Shown: positions 1-9,281 of the stretch, piece after piece
Position numbering within the stretch: position 1 is the first letter of the stretch
Layout of the letters: every line of letters begins with the position of its first letter
Position numbers and translations under genes: made by a program
Origin: Polyangiales bacterium
Lineage (GTDB): Bacteria; Myxococcota_A; Polyangia; Polyangiales; Houyiibacteriaceae
Assembly: GCA_045106895.1 (NCBI GenBank)
Contig: JBGCFM010000046.1
Span: 68,448-132,447, forward strand
DNA: 64,000 nt
Reading direction: 5' to 3'
The notes under the pieces: model-generated
What the model was told of the DNA's origin: nothing
What the model saw: the letters and a program-made list of their open reading frames with translations, nothing else
Databases searched by the model: none

Positions 1-1308
1 GGCCATTTCGTCGAGGCGTTCTCTGGCCCGCCTGCCACGCACATGCTCCGTCGCCCAAAGTCGCGTGCCCTCGTCACTGTCGAAGAGGGCATCCGGCGCC
101 AGCTCGATGGCTTCCGCCGGCGCGCAGATATGAAGCGCACGGATGAGATGCTGCCGGACGTATGCGTAAGGAACGGCCAGGAACGTTTGTCGAAGTGTAT
201 CCGCTGATTCCACGTTTCCGATGGCGCCGAGGGCCTCCGCGACGCTGCTCACGCGATAGAGATGGTCCTTGTCGAGAAGAGTATGCAGCTCGCCTTCCAG
301 CGCCTCGCGGTCTTCGGCCTCGGCATGCCGCGCGAAGATTCCCGCAGCGGCGACGCCGGCCAGGTTCAGTCGCCCTTGAAAGCGCCGCGCGACGGGAAGG
401 GTGTGCTCGGCGGGAAGTGCAGCGAGGTACCTCAGAATTTCCGTGCGAACCAACGGTGGCGGGTCGCCTTGAACGCTTTCGGTGCAGCTCTGGATGAGAC
501 TTGGGTTATGTTGCTCTGCCAGGACCATCAGCGCCGTGCGCTTCTGCGACTCCGTCCCGCTCTGTCCTGCAGAGACGAGCGCTGCAACGCTCGCAGCGTC
601 TCGGCGCTGTTTCAGAACATTGCTCACTCGGACCTGGTTCTCGCGGCACACGATGGAGAGCAGGGTCACCGTCGACATCGAGGTGTCCGGCTTCGGCGCC
701 GCTTCACGCCGCGCCTTCGAATGCGCCGGGCCCATATCTTGACGCAGCAAGGGCTTCAGCCGCGGCTCAAGTTCTGCCCACATTTGCCATGTTGAGTCGC
801 GCCAGACGAGCTGTCGCAAGTCGTCGTGAACCATCAGCGCCGAGAGGTCGGCCTTGTTGACGAGGGGCTTGTCCGAGTCCATCTGCGCGAAGCTCAAAGC
901 CCGCGCCGCCGCCCGCCAGTTGGGCGAGCGAAGGGCTGCCCGGAGTGCGTCAAAGGCGCCCGTGACGCCGCGCTTGCCAAGCTCGACGAGCACCCCTGCC
1001 GTCAGGTTGAGTTCGTCGTCGTGGTCGCCAAAGGAGACGTCGAAGCGTGCGGCGATGGCACGGATGTCGACCTCAAGCTCCATCGCGAGGCGCGCGTAAT
1101 ATATGTCGCGCCGTTCGAGCTGACGATCCCAGCGCGGGTCGCGGTGAATGCAATGCAGCAGCGCATCCACGTCGTTGCTTTCTCGCGCTGCGAGGTACCC
1201 GCGGCCTTGCCCGCGCTGGAGCTGCCCCAGCACCGTATTCGGTGAGGATAGCTCGTTTCTTTCGAGCTTCACTCGCACCGGACTAGTCGCTGCGGCTGGC
1301 GTTGTCAT
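1..1308 (-). CDS. HEAT/alpha-solenoid repeat domain protein (3' end runs off the window)
   Basis: Hand-translated open frame from ATG at 1308 to base 1 with no stop (MTTPAAATSPVRVKLERNELSSPNTVLGQLQRGQGRGYLAA...DPRWDRQLERRDIYYARL...VAEALGAIG...ALFDSDEGTR). Absent from the ORF track because it lacks a stop. Helical, HEAT-like C-terminal half. Confidence 0.7.
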   Translation of the reverse strand, partial: MTTPAAATSPVRVKLERNELSSPNTVLGQLQRGQGRGYLAARESNDVDALLHCIHRDPRWDRQLERRDIYYARLAMELEVDIRAIAARFDVSFGDHDDELNLTAGVLVELGKRGVTGAFDALRAALRSPNWRAAARALSFAQMDSDKPLVNKADLSALMVHDDLRQLVWRDSTWQMWAELEPRLKPLLRQDMGPAHSKARREAAPKPDTSMSTVTLLSIVCRENQVRVSNVLKQRRDAASVAALVSAGQSGTESQKRTALMVLAEQHNPSLIQSCTESVQGDPPPLVRTEILRYLAALPAEHTLPVARRFQGRLNLAGVAAAGIFARHAEAEDREALEGELHTLLDKDHLYRVSSVAEALGAIGNVESADTLRQTFLAVPYAYVRQHLIRALHICAPAEAIELAPDALFDSDEGTRLWATEHVRGRRARERLDEMA

Positions 1309-1351
1309 GCCTCGCGTGGACCCTCGCTCCGTTGGCGCGTAGAAACACACG

Positions 1352-2455
1352 ATGTCCGCGCTCGACGAAGAGGCTCTCCCCACCAGCGTCTATCTCAACC
1401 ACGCGGGGACGAGCTGGCCCAAGCCCGGCGTGGTCCGTTCCGCCGTCGCAGGGACGTGGGAGACGCCGGCGGAGGATTGGGCGGGGGACTTCAAGGCGGA
1501 CCACTCCGCCGTCGCGCGCTGGCTCGGCGTCCGAGACCCGCAGCGCTTGCTGCTCACTCCGGGCTGCACTTCGGCCCTCGCCGTCGCCGTCGCGGACTTG
1601 CCGTGGAGCGCCGGAGACCGCGTTCTTTGCAGCAGCTTCGAGCACCAAGCGCTCGCTCGGCCCTTGAGCACGTTGACGCGGGACCACGGCGTCGAAGTCG
1701 TCGCGATTCCTCCGTCGAAGACGAGCAGCTTTGACCTCGACGTCTTCGAGGGGGAACTCATGCGCGGCGCGAAACTCGTCGCCCTGGCGTGGGCGGGCAA
1801 TATCACCGGTGAACTCGTCCCCGCGGAAGCCATCATCGAACGCGCTCACGCCCACGGCGCCCTCGTGCTCCTCGACGCCGCGCAGGTTGCAGGATGGCTG
1901 GCCATCGACGTGGGCTCGCTCGGCGTGGACCTCCTCGCTTTCGCGGGACACAAAGGACCGCAGGCGCCGTGGGGCATTGGAGGTCTCTACGTCGCGCCGC
2001 ATGTACAGATGCGTTGCGCCGGCGCTGTTTGCTCCATCGAAGAGGGCGCGGCGATGCCCAGCTATTGCGACACAGGCTCCGTCGATCGCGCGGCTCTTGC
2101 AGGTCTCGCCGCCGGCATCGAATGGCTCGAGGAAAGACCCGAACGGCTCCGCGAAGGCCGGGCCGCCATCGCGCGGCTTCGGCGGGCGATCCCCGCGGAG
2201 CGAGTCGTGTTCTATGGACCTGAGGCCGAACGACGCATGCCCACGTTGGCTCTGACCCACAAGGACATCGACGTGTCGACGCTCGCGGCGTCACTCCGCG
2301 CGCGAGGCGTCATCGCTGCCGCCGGTTCTATGTGCGCGCCTCAAGCGCTGGAGACCCTCGGCGCCCCCGGCGGCGTGCTTCGCCTCAGCGTGGGCCCGGC
2401 GACCCGGGACGAAGACCTCGCTCGCGCGGAACGAGTTCTAAGCGAAGCGTTCTGA
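1352..2455 (+). CDS. Aminotransferase class V / cysteine desulfurase-family PLP enzyme
   Basis: YLNHAGTSWPKP start, FEHQA, LLDAAQ, AGHKG (PLP Lys), AAGSMCAP catalytic-Cys loop, LRLSVG. Confidence 0.85.
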   Translation: MSALDEEALPTSVYLNHAGTSWPKPGVVRSAVAGTWETPAEDWAGDFKADHSAVARWLGVRDPQRLLLTPGCTSALAVAVADLPWSAGDRVLCSSFEHQALARPLSTLTRDHGVEVVAIPPSKTSSFDLDVFEGELMRGAKLVALAWAGNITGELVPAEAIIERAHAHGALVLLDAAQVAGWLAIDVGSLGVDLLAFAGHKGPQAPWGIGGLYVAPHVQMRCAGAVCSIEEGAAMPSYCDTGSVDRAALAGLAAGIEWLEERPERLREGRAAIARLRRAIPAERVVFYGPEAERRMPTLALTHKDIDVSTLAASLRARGVIAAAGSMCAPQALETLGAPGGVLRLSVGPATRDEDLARAERVLSEAF

Positions 2456-2497
2456 GAGGTCCTCTGCACGTGGGCGCATCGGGAGCCGAAGGCCTCG

Positions 2498-3046
2498 CTA
2501 GGCAGCCAGGCGCGCAGCGAACGCCTTCAGCACCTTGCCAAGTTCAGCAGCGAGTTCTTCGTCTTTGAGCGCGCCGCTCTCGGCGTCGAAGGTCTCGTAG
2601 AAACGCGGCACAGACAGGCTCCCGATGACCTCGGCGCCGTGGTGCGGCGCGCCTTGGAGGGCCGTCGCCAGCACGGACGCACCGCCACGTCCTCCCGGCG
2701 AAGCCGAGAGCGCGACGACGGGCGTCTGCTGGAAGACCTTCGTGTCGATGCGGCTCATCCAATCGAAGAGGTTCTTGTAGGCCGCTGCGTAGGTTCCGTT
2801 GTGCTCTGCGTAGGAGACGATGATGCCGTCCGCCTCGCCGATGAGACGAAAGAAGCGCGCGGCATGGCCTGGGAGATCCCCTCCTTCTCGATCCACGCTG
2901 AAGAGAGGCATCTCGAAGTCGTTGAGGTCCAACACTTCGACTTGAGCGTCCGGCAGCGAATCCTTCAAGCGCGATGCAGCGTGGGTGACCAGGGCTTTGT
3001 TGATGGATTGACGGGACGAGCTGGCGGCAAAGGCGAGAATCTTCAT
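2498..3046 (-). CDS. NADPH-dependent FMN reductase (flavodoxin-like)
   Basis: MKILAFAASSSRQSIN, AEHNGTY..AYKNLFDW, SPGGRGG; GGAGA RBS upstream. Confidence 0.9.
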   Translation of the reverse strand: MKILAFAASSSRQSINKALVTHAASRLKDSLPDAQVEVLDLNDFEMPLFSVDREGGDLPGHAARFFRLIGEADGIIVSYAEHNGTYAAAYKNLFDWMSRIDTKVFQQTPVVALSASPGGRGGASVLATALQGAPHHGAEVIGSLSVPRFYETFDAESGALKDEELAAELGKVLKAFAARLAA

Positions 3047-3118
3047 TTTGTTGTCTCCTGAGAAAAGACCCTAATATTTGACCGGTGAGCGCACAAGACG
3101 TGCTTGCGAGACATCATC

Positions 3119-3133
3119 TGACCGAATAAGTCA
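3119..3133. promoter_or_regulatory. Possible LysR operator (TGAC-N7-GTCA palindrome) in the divergent promoter
   Basis: TGACCGAATAAGTCA lies between the divergent FMN reductase and LysR genes, overlapping the putative -10 of lysR. Confidence 0.35.
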
Positions 3134-3138
3134 CAGGT

Positions 3139-4038
3139 GTGAGAGCCGCAGAAGACTTCGATGTGTTCGTCGCCATTCTCGATGCGGGCAGCATCAGTGA
3201 GGCTGCACGAGAGCTTGATGTGCCGCGAGCGTCGCTGTCTCGGCAGCTCGCCCGCCTGGAAGAGCGCCTCGGTGTGCGACTCGTTCATCGAAGTACGCGC
3301 AAGCTCGTCGCGACGCCGGCGGGGGTCGCTCTGTACCCACGTGCTCGCGCGCTGGTCCTCGCCGCGAACGCTGCCGTCGAGTCCGTCGCGCGTCTGGACG
3401 ATGTGCCGCGTGGGCTCCTCCGTGTCTCCACGCCGCCTCACTACAACTCCCTCTTCGGCGGTCTCTTCTCCACGTTTTTGCGAAAGTACCCACACGTGCA
3501 GGTCGAGCTGCAGACCTCTGCGCGCCACGTGGACCTCGTGGCGGAGCATGTCGACGTCGCCATCCGCGGCGGGGTGCTTCGCGACACGAGCCTCATCGCT
3601 CGGCCGATCTCGCGCTCGATGCTCACGGCGGTCGCCGCGCCCTCCTATCTCGACGAGCACGGTGTTCCCGCGAACTTGAAGGAGCTCGCGGAGCACGCAT
3701 GTTTGCGCGGCTTCGCCGGCGGCAAACGCCCAAACTCTAGGTGGCCTCTCCGTGACGGAGGAGAGGTGGAGGTCGATGGTCCCTTCGTCAGCGACGACAT
3801 GATGGCCCTCCGCGGCGCCGCGGAAGACGGCCTCGGCATCGCCCTCATTCCCGGTGACCTCATCAAGAAGCCCCTCGCCGACGGAAGCCTCGTGGCGGTG
3901 CTTCCAGAGGAAGTCGGTCAGAGCGTGCCGCTCTCGGTTGTGTGGAAGGAACGTGAGTTCCTCGACCCGAAGATTCGTGCCTTCGTCGATGTGGTGGTCC
4001 GTTGGGATCATACCGGCGGACTCCGCCAGGTTTTTTGA
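3139..4038 (+). CDS. LysR-family transcriptional regulator (CrgA-like)
   Basis: N-terminal HTH GSISEAARELDVPRASLSRQLARLEERLGVRLVHRSTR; substrate domain PRGLLRVS, DLVAEHVDVAIR, PKIRAFVD. Divergent from the FMN reductase. Confidence 0.93.
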   Translation: MRAAEDFDVFVAILDAGSISEAARELDVPRASLSRQLARLEERLGVRLVHRSTRKLVATPAGVALYPRARALVLAANAAVESVARLDDVPRGLLRVSTPPHYNSLFGGLFSTFLRKYPHVQVELQTSARHVDLVAEHVDVAIRGGVLRDTSLIARPISRSMLTAVAAPSYLDEHGVPANLKELAEHACLRGFAGGKRPNSRWPLRDGGEVEVDGPFVSDDMMALRGAAEDGLGIALIPGDLIKKPLADGSLVAVLPEEVGQSVPLSVVWKEREFLDPKIRAFVDVVVRWDHTGGLRQVF

Positions 4039-4079
4039 GCGCGTTGTCCGGGGGCGGCCTTGGCCCCACGTCTCCGCCC

Positions 4080-5024
4080 ATGGGCCTCTGGGATTCTCTA
4101 CTCGACCGAAGCATCTTCTTCGCCTTCGACGCCAGCGGCTTTGAACGTCACGCGAAGCACTTCACGCCCTTGAATGCGTCCCTTGAAGGGCAGCGCTTCG
4201 TCGTGACTGGAGCAAACTCGGGCCTGGGTCTCGCGACGACGCGCTCCCTTGCGGCGCGCGGCGCGGAAGTTTGGATGCTCTGCCGGAGCGAAAAGCGAGG
4301 CCGCGCCGCGCGCGACTTGGTCCGCAGAGAATCAGGCAACGACGCGATCCACTTGGCCCTCGTGGACATGAGCTCCCTCGCGTCGGTGGACGCATTCCTT
4401 TCAAGCTTCGAGGAAAGGCCCGTTCATGCGCTCGTGCACAACGCCGGCGTTCTCCTCGATGAACGCGACCGCACCGACGAAGGCTTCGAACTGACCTACG
4501 CGACGAACATCCTCGGCTCATTTCGACTGACTCACGGCCTGCGAGCCTCCCTCGCGCCGGGCGCGCGTGTGGTCTTCGTTGCGTCGGGGGGCATGTACAG
4601 CACGGCGCTGGACCTCGACGGTTTGCGCCGTCCGGCTGAGCCCTTTGACGGCGTGGAAGCCTATGCCCAAACCAAGCGCGCTCAGGTGGAGCTTGCCCGC
4701 GTCATGGCTGCGGAGCTACCCGAACTCCACATCAGCGCGATGCATCCGGGGTGGGCCGACACGCCCGGGGTGAGCAGCTCTCTGCCCGGCTTCTACGCGC
4801 GCATGAAGAATCGGCTGCGCACGCCTGCTCAGGGTGCCGACACCATCCTTTGGCTCGCGACCTCGGCGGAGGCGAAGGAAACGCGCGGGCGATTCTACTT
4901 CGACAGGGAGCCGGCGGAGACGACGCTCTGGTTTCGTCGCGAAACGAGCGACGCAGAGCGTCGCAGACTTTGGCAGCAGCTTATGAACGACGCAGGCATT
5001 CAGGCTTTTGGGGAGACCCCATGA
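4080..5024 (+). CDS. Short-chain dehydrogenase/reductase (DHRS12-like)
   Basis: VTGANSGLG, HNAG, YAQTK, MHPGWADTPGV. Start moved to ATG 4080 (MGLWDSLLDRS). Confidence 0.9.
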   Translation: MGLWDSLLDRSIFFAFDASGFERHAKHFTPLNASLEGQRFVVTGANSGLGLATTRSLAARGAEVWMLCRSEKRGRAARDLVRRESGNDAIHLALVDMSSLASVDAFLSSFEERPVHALVHNAGVLLDERDRTDEGFELTYATNILGSFRLTHGLRASLAPGARVVFVASGGMYSTALDLDGLRRPAEPFDGVEAYAQTKRAQVELARVMAAELPELHISAMHPGWADTPGVSSSLPGFYARMKNRLRTPAQGADTILWLATSAEAKETRGRFYFDREPAETTLWFRRETSDAERRRLWQQLMNDAGIQAFGETP

Positions 5025-5482
5025 TTCGTATTGAAGAAGTTCGGACCTTCGGCGCCGACGCGGCCGCGCTCTTTCATTTTCTCGCGGACTTTCGAAATTT
5101 GCCGCTCTGGGACCCAGGTATCACTTCCTCGCGTCTCCTCTCTGGAGAGGCAAACGCGAGGGGCGCGCGCTACGACGTCGAGTCGCGTTTCCTTGGGCTT
5201 CGTGTTCCCCTCCGCTACGAGACCCGGCGCTATGATGAGGCCTCATTTGAGGCCGTCATCGAAGGCGAAGGGGAGAGCGTTCGTGCTGTGGACCGCCTTG
5301 TTGTCGCGGCACGTCCCTCGGGTTGCCAGCTACGCTGGCAAGCGGACTTCGAGCTCAAGGGAATCCGGCGCCTTGCGGAGCCCATGAGTCGACCCATCTT
5401 CCACCGACTTGGCGACAAGGCGATGAGCGGGCTTATGCGCTACGCCTTGAGGAATCCTTCGTTCTCGCCGCCTCAGCGTTGA
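5021..5482 (+). CDS. SRPBCC / polyketide cyclase-dehydrase family protein
   Basis: LFHFLADFRNLPLWDPGI motif; ATGA overlap with the SDR stop. Confidence 0.8.
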   Translation: MIRIEEVRTFGADAAALFHFLADFRNLPLWDPGITSSRLLSGEANARGARYDVESRFLGLRVPLRYETRRYDEASFEAVIEGEGESVRAVDRLVVAARPSGCQLRWQADFELKGIRRLAEPMSRPIFHRLGDKAMSGLMRYALRNPSFSPPQR

Positions 5483-6440
5483 CTTCGAGAGGTTCGTTTT
5501 CGTCGAAACTCGCGGCGTACGCATCAACGCGCCGCCACTCCTCGTCCAGCCAGGTGGCGACCTCAGCCCCGAGAGTTGAGGCGTCGCGTCGCCAAAAGCG
5601 TGCATGGACCGTTTGCCCTACGAGCTCACCAGAGAGCATGCTCGTCATCGTCGCGAAGCCCTCGAAGCCGCGGTGCGCGAAGAGCACTACGTCGACGTCC
5701 GGAGCCGCCCCGCGTAGCGCGGCGACGCCTCGTACCTTTGGAAGCAACGTGTGCTTCAGCTCCTCGGCGACGCCGAGGCGTGAGCTGCCGGATGCGCGCA
5801 GCTTTTTGAGCACGCGCTCGCGGACACCCACGGAGTAGCGAGTTCCTTCGGGGTAGATGAGGACGCCTTCGTTGTCCGAAAGGTCCTGCGCCAGATCGGC
5901 GATGGACTTGAGCTCCTGTTCATCCACGCGCGCGCGATCGATGAAGTGGTTGGGCAGGCGTCCGCCGGCGAGGTCGAGGCAAGGGTCCGCGCGAAGCTCC
6001 TTCTTGAGCACGTAGCGAAGCCGGAAGTCACCGCTTCCGCAGAGTAGCGCCGCGGGCAGAACCGTGTCGGCGATGGACGTGTGCCGCATCAGCAGCAGGA
6101 AAGGGCCTTTTTCGAAGGCCTCTTGGCCTTCCACCACGAAACGAAGCTGGAGTAGCCGCTGCATCGCTCGAAACAGGGTGTTCGCCCAAAGGCGCTGCAA
6201 ACGATAGTGAAACGCTTGGTTGTCGCTTTGACGAAGGATCCAGGCGCCTGTCATTACCAGGACTCCGAAGAGCTCCATCCACGAATAGACGAGCACGAAA
6301 AGGCTGAGGCGCAGCGCGATGAGATGTCGCTGTCGAATAAAGCCAATCACGAGAAGGGCAGGGACCCAGAGCGGCGCAGCGCTGGTCACCACCGCTGCGA
6401 CAAGCAGAAGGGCTGGGATGGTGATGAGACGCCGTCGCAC
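5433..6440 (-). CDS. Lysophospholipid/1-acyl-glycerol-3-phosphate acyltransferase family
   Basis: N-terminal TM helices, RHTSIAD (HxxxxD), YVLKKEL, FIDR, IYPEGTR. Confidence 0.88.
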   Translation of the reverse strand: MRRRLITIPALLLVAAVVTSAAPLWVPALLVIGFIRQRHLIALRLSLFVLVYSWMELFGVLVMTGAWILRQSDNQAFHYRLQRLWANTLFRAMQRLLQLRFVVEGQEAFEKGPFLLLMRHTSIADTVLPAALLCGSGDFRLRYVLKKELRADPCLDLAGGRLPNHFIDRARVDEQELKSIADLAQDLSDNEGVLIYPEGTRYSVGVRERVLKKLRASGSSRLGVAEELKHTLLPKVRGVAALRGAAPDVDVVLFAHRGFEGFATMTSMLSGELVGQTVHARFWRRDASTLGAEVATWLDEEWRRVDAYAASFDENEPLEVNAEAARTKDSSRRSA

Positions 6441-6526
6441 TCGGGGGCGCTAGGGCCATGGCCTCATCGTGGCCATTCTTTGCACGAATCACTTGTCGTT
6501 TGTGCCGAGTGACCCTCGACCCGGGC

Positions 6527-7936
6527 ATGCGCTTATTTCCGACCCGCCTGGGCCTCATCTTCGCTCTTGGTTTCTCCTTCGCCTGCGGCGACGACGACAT
6601 CGTCACGGACGCCGGACCGCCTCCAGACGCTTCTTCGGACGGCGGCAATGTCTCTTCTTTTCAAGGGGCTTGCGTATATACGAACACCTTCTCGAACGAA
6701 GAAGACTGCCGCGAGTACACCGGCGCGGACTGGACGATGGAGAGCGCTGCCACGGACTGTGAGACCGCCTGGCTCGGCCAACCCGGAGTATTGTCCTCCG
6801 GCGCATGCAACCTCGAGAACGAGATCGGTCGCTGCGACGTCGGCGATATTGCCGCGGACGGATATGTCATCGTTTCGAGCGGAGATTCCAGCGCGTGTGG
6901 CGCAGCCGAGGTCGCTTGCACGGGCTTCGCCGGCGGAACCTTTGTCGGCGCCGCTTCGTGCTCAAGCTGCACGCCGAGTGAGGACATCGGACAACCTTTC
7001 ATTCCAGCCTTTGAGAACTGCCAAGCGCCCCTCGCCGGCGAAGAGCCGGGCCTGAGCGAAGGAGGCGAGGTCTGCACCTGGACGATCATCAGCGGCTCCA
7101 CGGAGCCTGGCCGTCGCTACGCCGACTACGCGGACTGCGATGTTGTGCGCACTCAGCGCCCGTACTACGCGCAGAGCGCCGGCGTCGAAGCAGACCCAGA
7201 GGACCCACGCCTCGACGACGCGGAGTTCATGGCGGAGGTCGAGTGGCTTCGCGGTGAAGCGGAAGCGTCCGCCTGCACCTGCTGCCACACGGGCTCCGAA
7301 ACACCCGAAGGGGCTGCGATTTGGGACACGGAAGGCGGCGATATCTGGATCGACACCATCAGCGACGAAGCCCTCGCGATGCTCGGCGGATACACCGACT
7401 CGGCGGCCTTCGGATTCTTGCCGACGGAAGAAAACAACGGCTTCGACCGTTCGACGACTGGTCTGCCAACGACGGACCGACCACGACTTCGCGCCTTCGT
7501 TGAGGCGGAGCTCGCGCGCAGAGACATCACGCCGGAGGCGGCGGAGGAGCTCGAGCCTTTCGCACCATTTTTCCGTGAGCTTATCGAGTACGAGCCGGAG
7601 CCCTGCGAGGACGGCATCGGAATCAACGAAGACGGACAGCTTACGTGGGTCGGTGGCGGCGCCCGGTACATTCACGTTCTCGCTGCGGACGCACGCTCCC
7701 CAGGCACACCGCCGAACTGGGACCTTCCCGAAGGAACCATCTGGGCGTTCTCCGTTCCACCTGACGTGATGGAGATGGGATGCGGCATCGAGTATGGCGA
7801 GCTCCCTGACAACGCTATCCAGCGAGTACCCGAGAGCGGTGCTCCACCGGCCTTGGTCTCCGGCGAGAGCTACTACCTCCACGTTCAGCGAGACATCGTG
7901 CTTCCGATTGCGCGCTGCCTCTTCACCGCGCCTTGA
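6527..7936 (+). CDS. Cys-rich lipoprotein with one CxxCH motif (putative c-type cytochrome)
   Basis: Lipobox FSFAC-GDDD, DAGPPPDA linker, many Cys, CTCCH at 7274-7288. Confidence 0.65.
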   Translation: MRLFPTRLGLIFALGFSFACGDDDIVTDAGPPPDASSDGGNVSSFQGACVYTNTFSNEEDCREYTGADWTMESAATDCETAWLGQPGVLSSGACNLENEIGRCDVGDIAADGYVIVSSGDSSACGAAEVACTGFAGGTFVGAASCSSCTPSEDIGQPFIPAFENCQAPLAGEEPGLSEGGEVCTWTIISGSTEPGRRYADYADCDVVRTQRPYYAQSAGVEADPEDPRLDDAEFMAEVEWLRGEAEASACTCCHTGSETPEGAAIWDTEGGDIWIDTISDEALAMLGGYTDSAAFGFLPTEENNGFDRSTTGLPTTDRPRLRAFVEAELARRDITPEAAEELEPFAPFFRELIEYEPEPCEDGIGINEDGQLTWVGGGARYIHVLAADARSPGTPPNWDLPEGTIWAFSVPPDVMEMGCGIEYGELPDNAIQRVPESGAPPALVSGESYYLHVQRDIVLPIARCLFTAP

Positions 7937-8349
7937 TTCGCATCGCACTACTCCTCGTAGGTCTCTCGGCGTGTGGTGACTCCGTCGAGATGCCCCGCGA
8001 CGGCTCCATCGAGGCCGGAGACTTCATCTGCGCTAGCGAAGACGATGTCCGACGATTCGTGTTCGAGCCGAGCTGCGCGACTTCTCGCTGCCATGACGCG
8101 GAAGCCGCGCGAGGGCGCCTGGACCTAGAGACCCCCGGGGTGACCGAGCGTTTGATCGGCCGAACGTCGGTGCACGAACGCTGTTCCGAACAGCAGCTCC
8201 TCGTGCCTGGTGACCCCGCGTCGAGCTTCATGATGCGAAAGGTCTTGGGGACCCACGGGAACTGCGGCGACCCCATGCCGAATCGTGGTGAGGTCTCGCC
8301 TGCCCAGCGACGTTGTATCGCGGCTTGGATTGTGAACGCAGCGGAGTAA
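7933..8349 (+). CDS. Small lipoprotein, cytochrome c-like with CX4CH motif
   Basis: Lipobox LSAC; CATSRCH (8074-8094), VPGDPASS, distal DPMP, IAAWI; TTGA overlap with the upstream gene. Confidence 0.7.
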   Translation: MIRIALLLVGLSACGDSVEMPRDGSIEAGDFICASEDDVRRFVFEPSCATSRCHDAEAARGRLDLETPGVTERLIGRTSVHERCSEQQLLVPGDPASSFMMRKVLGTHGNCGDPMPNRGEVSPAQRRCIAAWIVNAAE

Positions 8350-8410
8350 GGCAGAACTTTCTGCCGTTCGTGTGGACTACTTAAGGCCCCTGGGTATGTT
8401 CGCGCGCCAT

Positions 8411-9211
8411 ATGCGAGCTCTTACTTCACTCCTGGCGGCTCACCTCTTCTGCGCATGCGCCGCGCAAACGCCGCGTGTCGACCACGGGGCATCGGACAAC
8501 CCCGATACCTTCATGCGCCAAGGCTTCGCCGGCGCGGCCGCTGTCATCCTTCCGAGGGGAGACGAGCGTTGCTACGGCGAATGCGAAATGCGCTTCTCCC
8601 CGGCATCGTCGTTCAAGGTTCCGCACGCTCTCATCGCGTTGAACGCCGGAGTGCTGAGCGGGCCGGAGCACGTGTTTTCGTGGGATGGCGAGGAGCGTTC
8701 GGTTCCCGCCTGGAACCAAGACCACACCCTCGCGAGCGCCATTGAAAACTCTGTCGTTTGGTACTTCCAGCGGGTGGCGCCGAGGATCGGCCGCGAACGC
8801 TTCGAAGACGAGCTGCCGCGCTTTGGCTACGGGGACGCGAATATCGGCGAGGACCTCACGCGCTTCTGGCTCGACGACAGCCTCACTGTATCGCCGATGG
8901 AGCAGGCGCGATTCTGGCGTCGTCTCCACGCTGGGGAACTGCCCGTCACGGACGAGGCGAGGGACGCCGTGCTCGAGATGACCACCCTCGCACGGCGCGA
9001 CGGCGTGGTGCTCCGGGGCAAGACGGGCTGGCATCCATCGGAACCCGTAGGCGGCTGGTTCGTCGGCTCGCTTCAAAGCCCCGCTGGGGTCACGACCTTC
9101 GCCGTGCGGCTCACGGCGGAGGGCGACTACGACGCCGCTTCTTTCGTCGCCGCCCGTCGTCGCGTCGCCGAAGAGCTCCTCGTTGAACTTGGCTTCGCGG
9201 TACCTCGCTAG
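8411..9211 (+). CDS. blaOXA: Class D (OXA-type) beta-lactamase-like protein
   Basis: PASSFK (SxxK), SVVWYFQ (SxV), YGD, FWLDDSL, KTG, GWFVG; signal or lipoprotein peptide. Confidence 0.85.
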   Translation: MRALTSLLAAHLFCACAAQTPRVDHGASDNPDTFMRQGFAGAAAVILPRGDERCYGECEMRFSPASSFKVPHALIALNAGVLSGPEHVFSWDGEERSVPAWNQDHTLASAIENSVVWYFQRVAPRIGRERFEDELPRFGYGDANIGEDLTRFWLDDSLTVSPMEQARFWRRLHAGELPVTDEARDAVLEMTTLARRDGVVLRGKTGWHPSEPVGGWFVGSLQSPAGVTTFAVRLTAEGDYDAASFVAARRRVAEELLVELGFAVPR

Positions 9212-9281
9212 GCTCTTCTGCATGTCCCCTTAAAGCTATGGTTCGCGCCCGCACAGTGAACGCGGTTTGGGAGGAATCAGA

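Noticed and set aside
1352..2455. Assignment as iscS/sufS of an Fe-S assembly operon
   Set aside because: There are no isc/suf neighbours and the motifs are divergent, so only a family-level call is supportable.
6470..6485. Sigma-54 promoter TGGCCATTCTTTGCA upstream of the heme lipoprotein
   Set aside because: The GG-to-GC spacing is one base short of the strict -24/-12 geometry.
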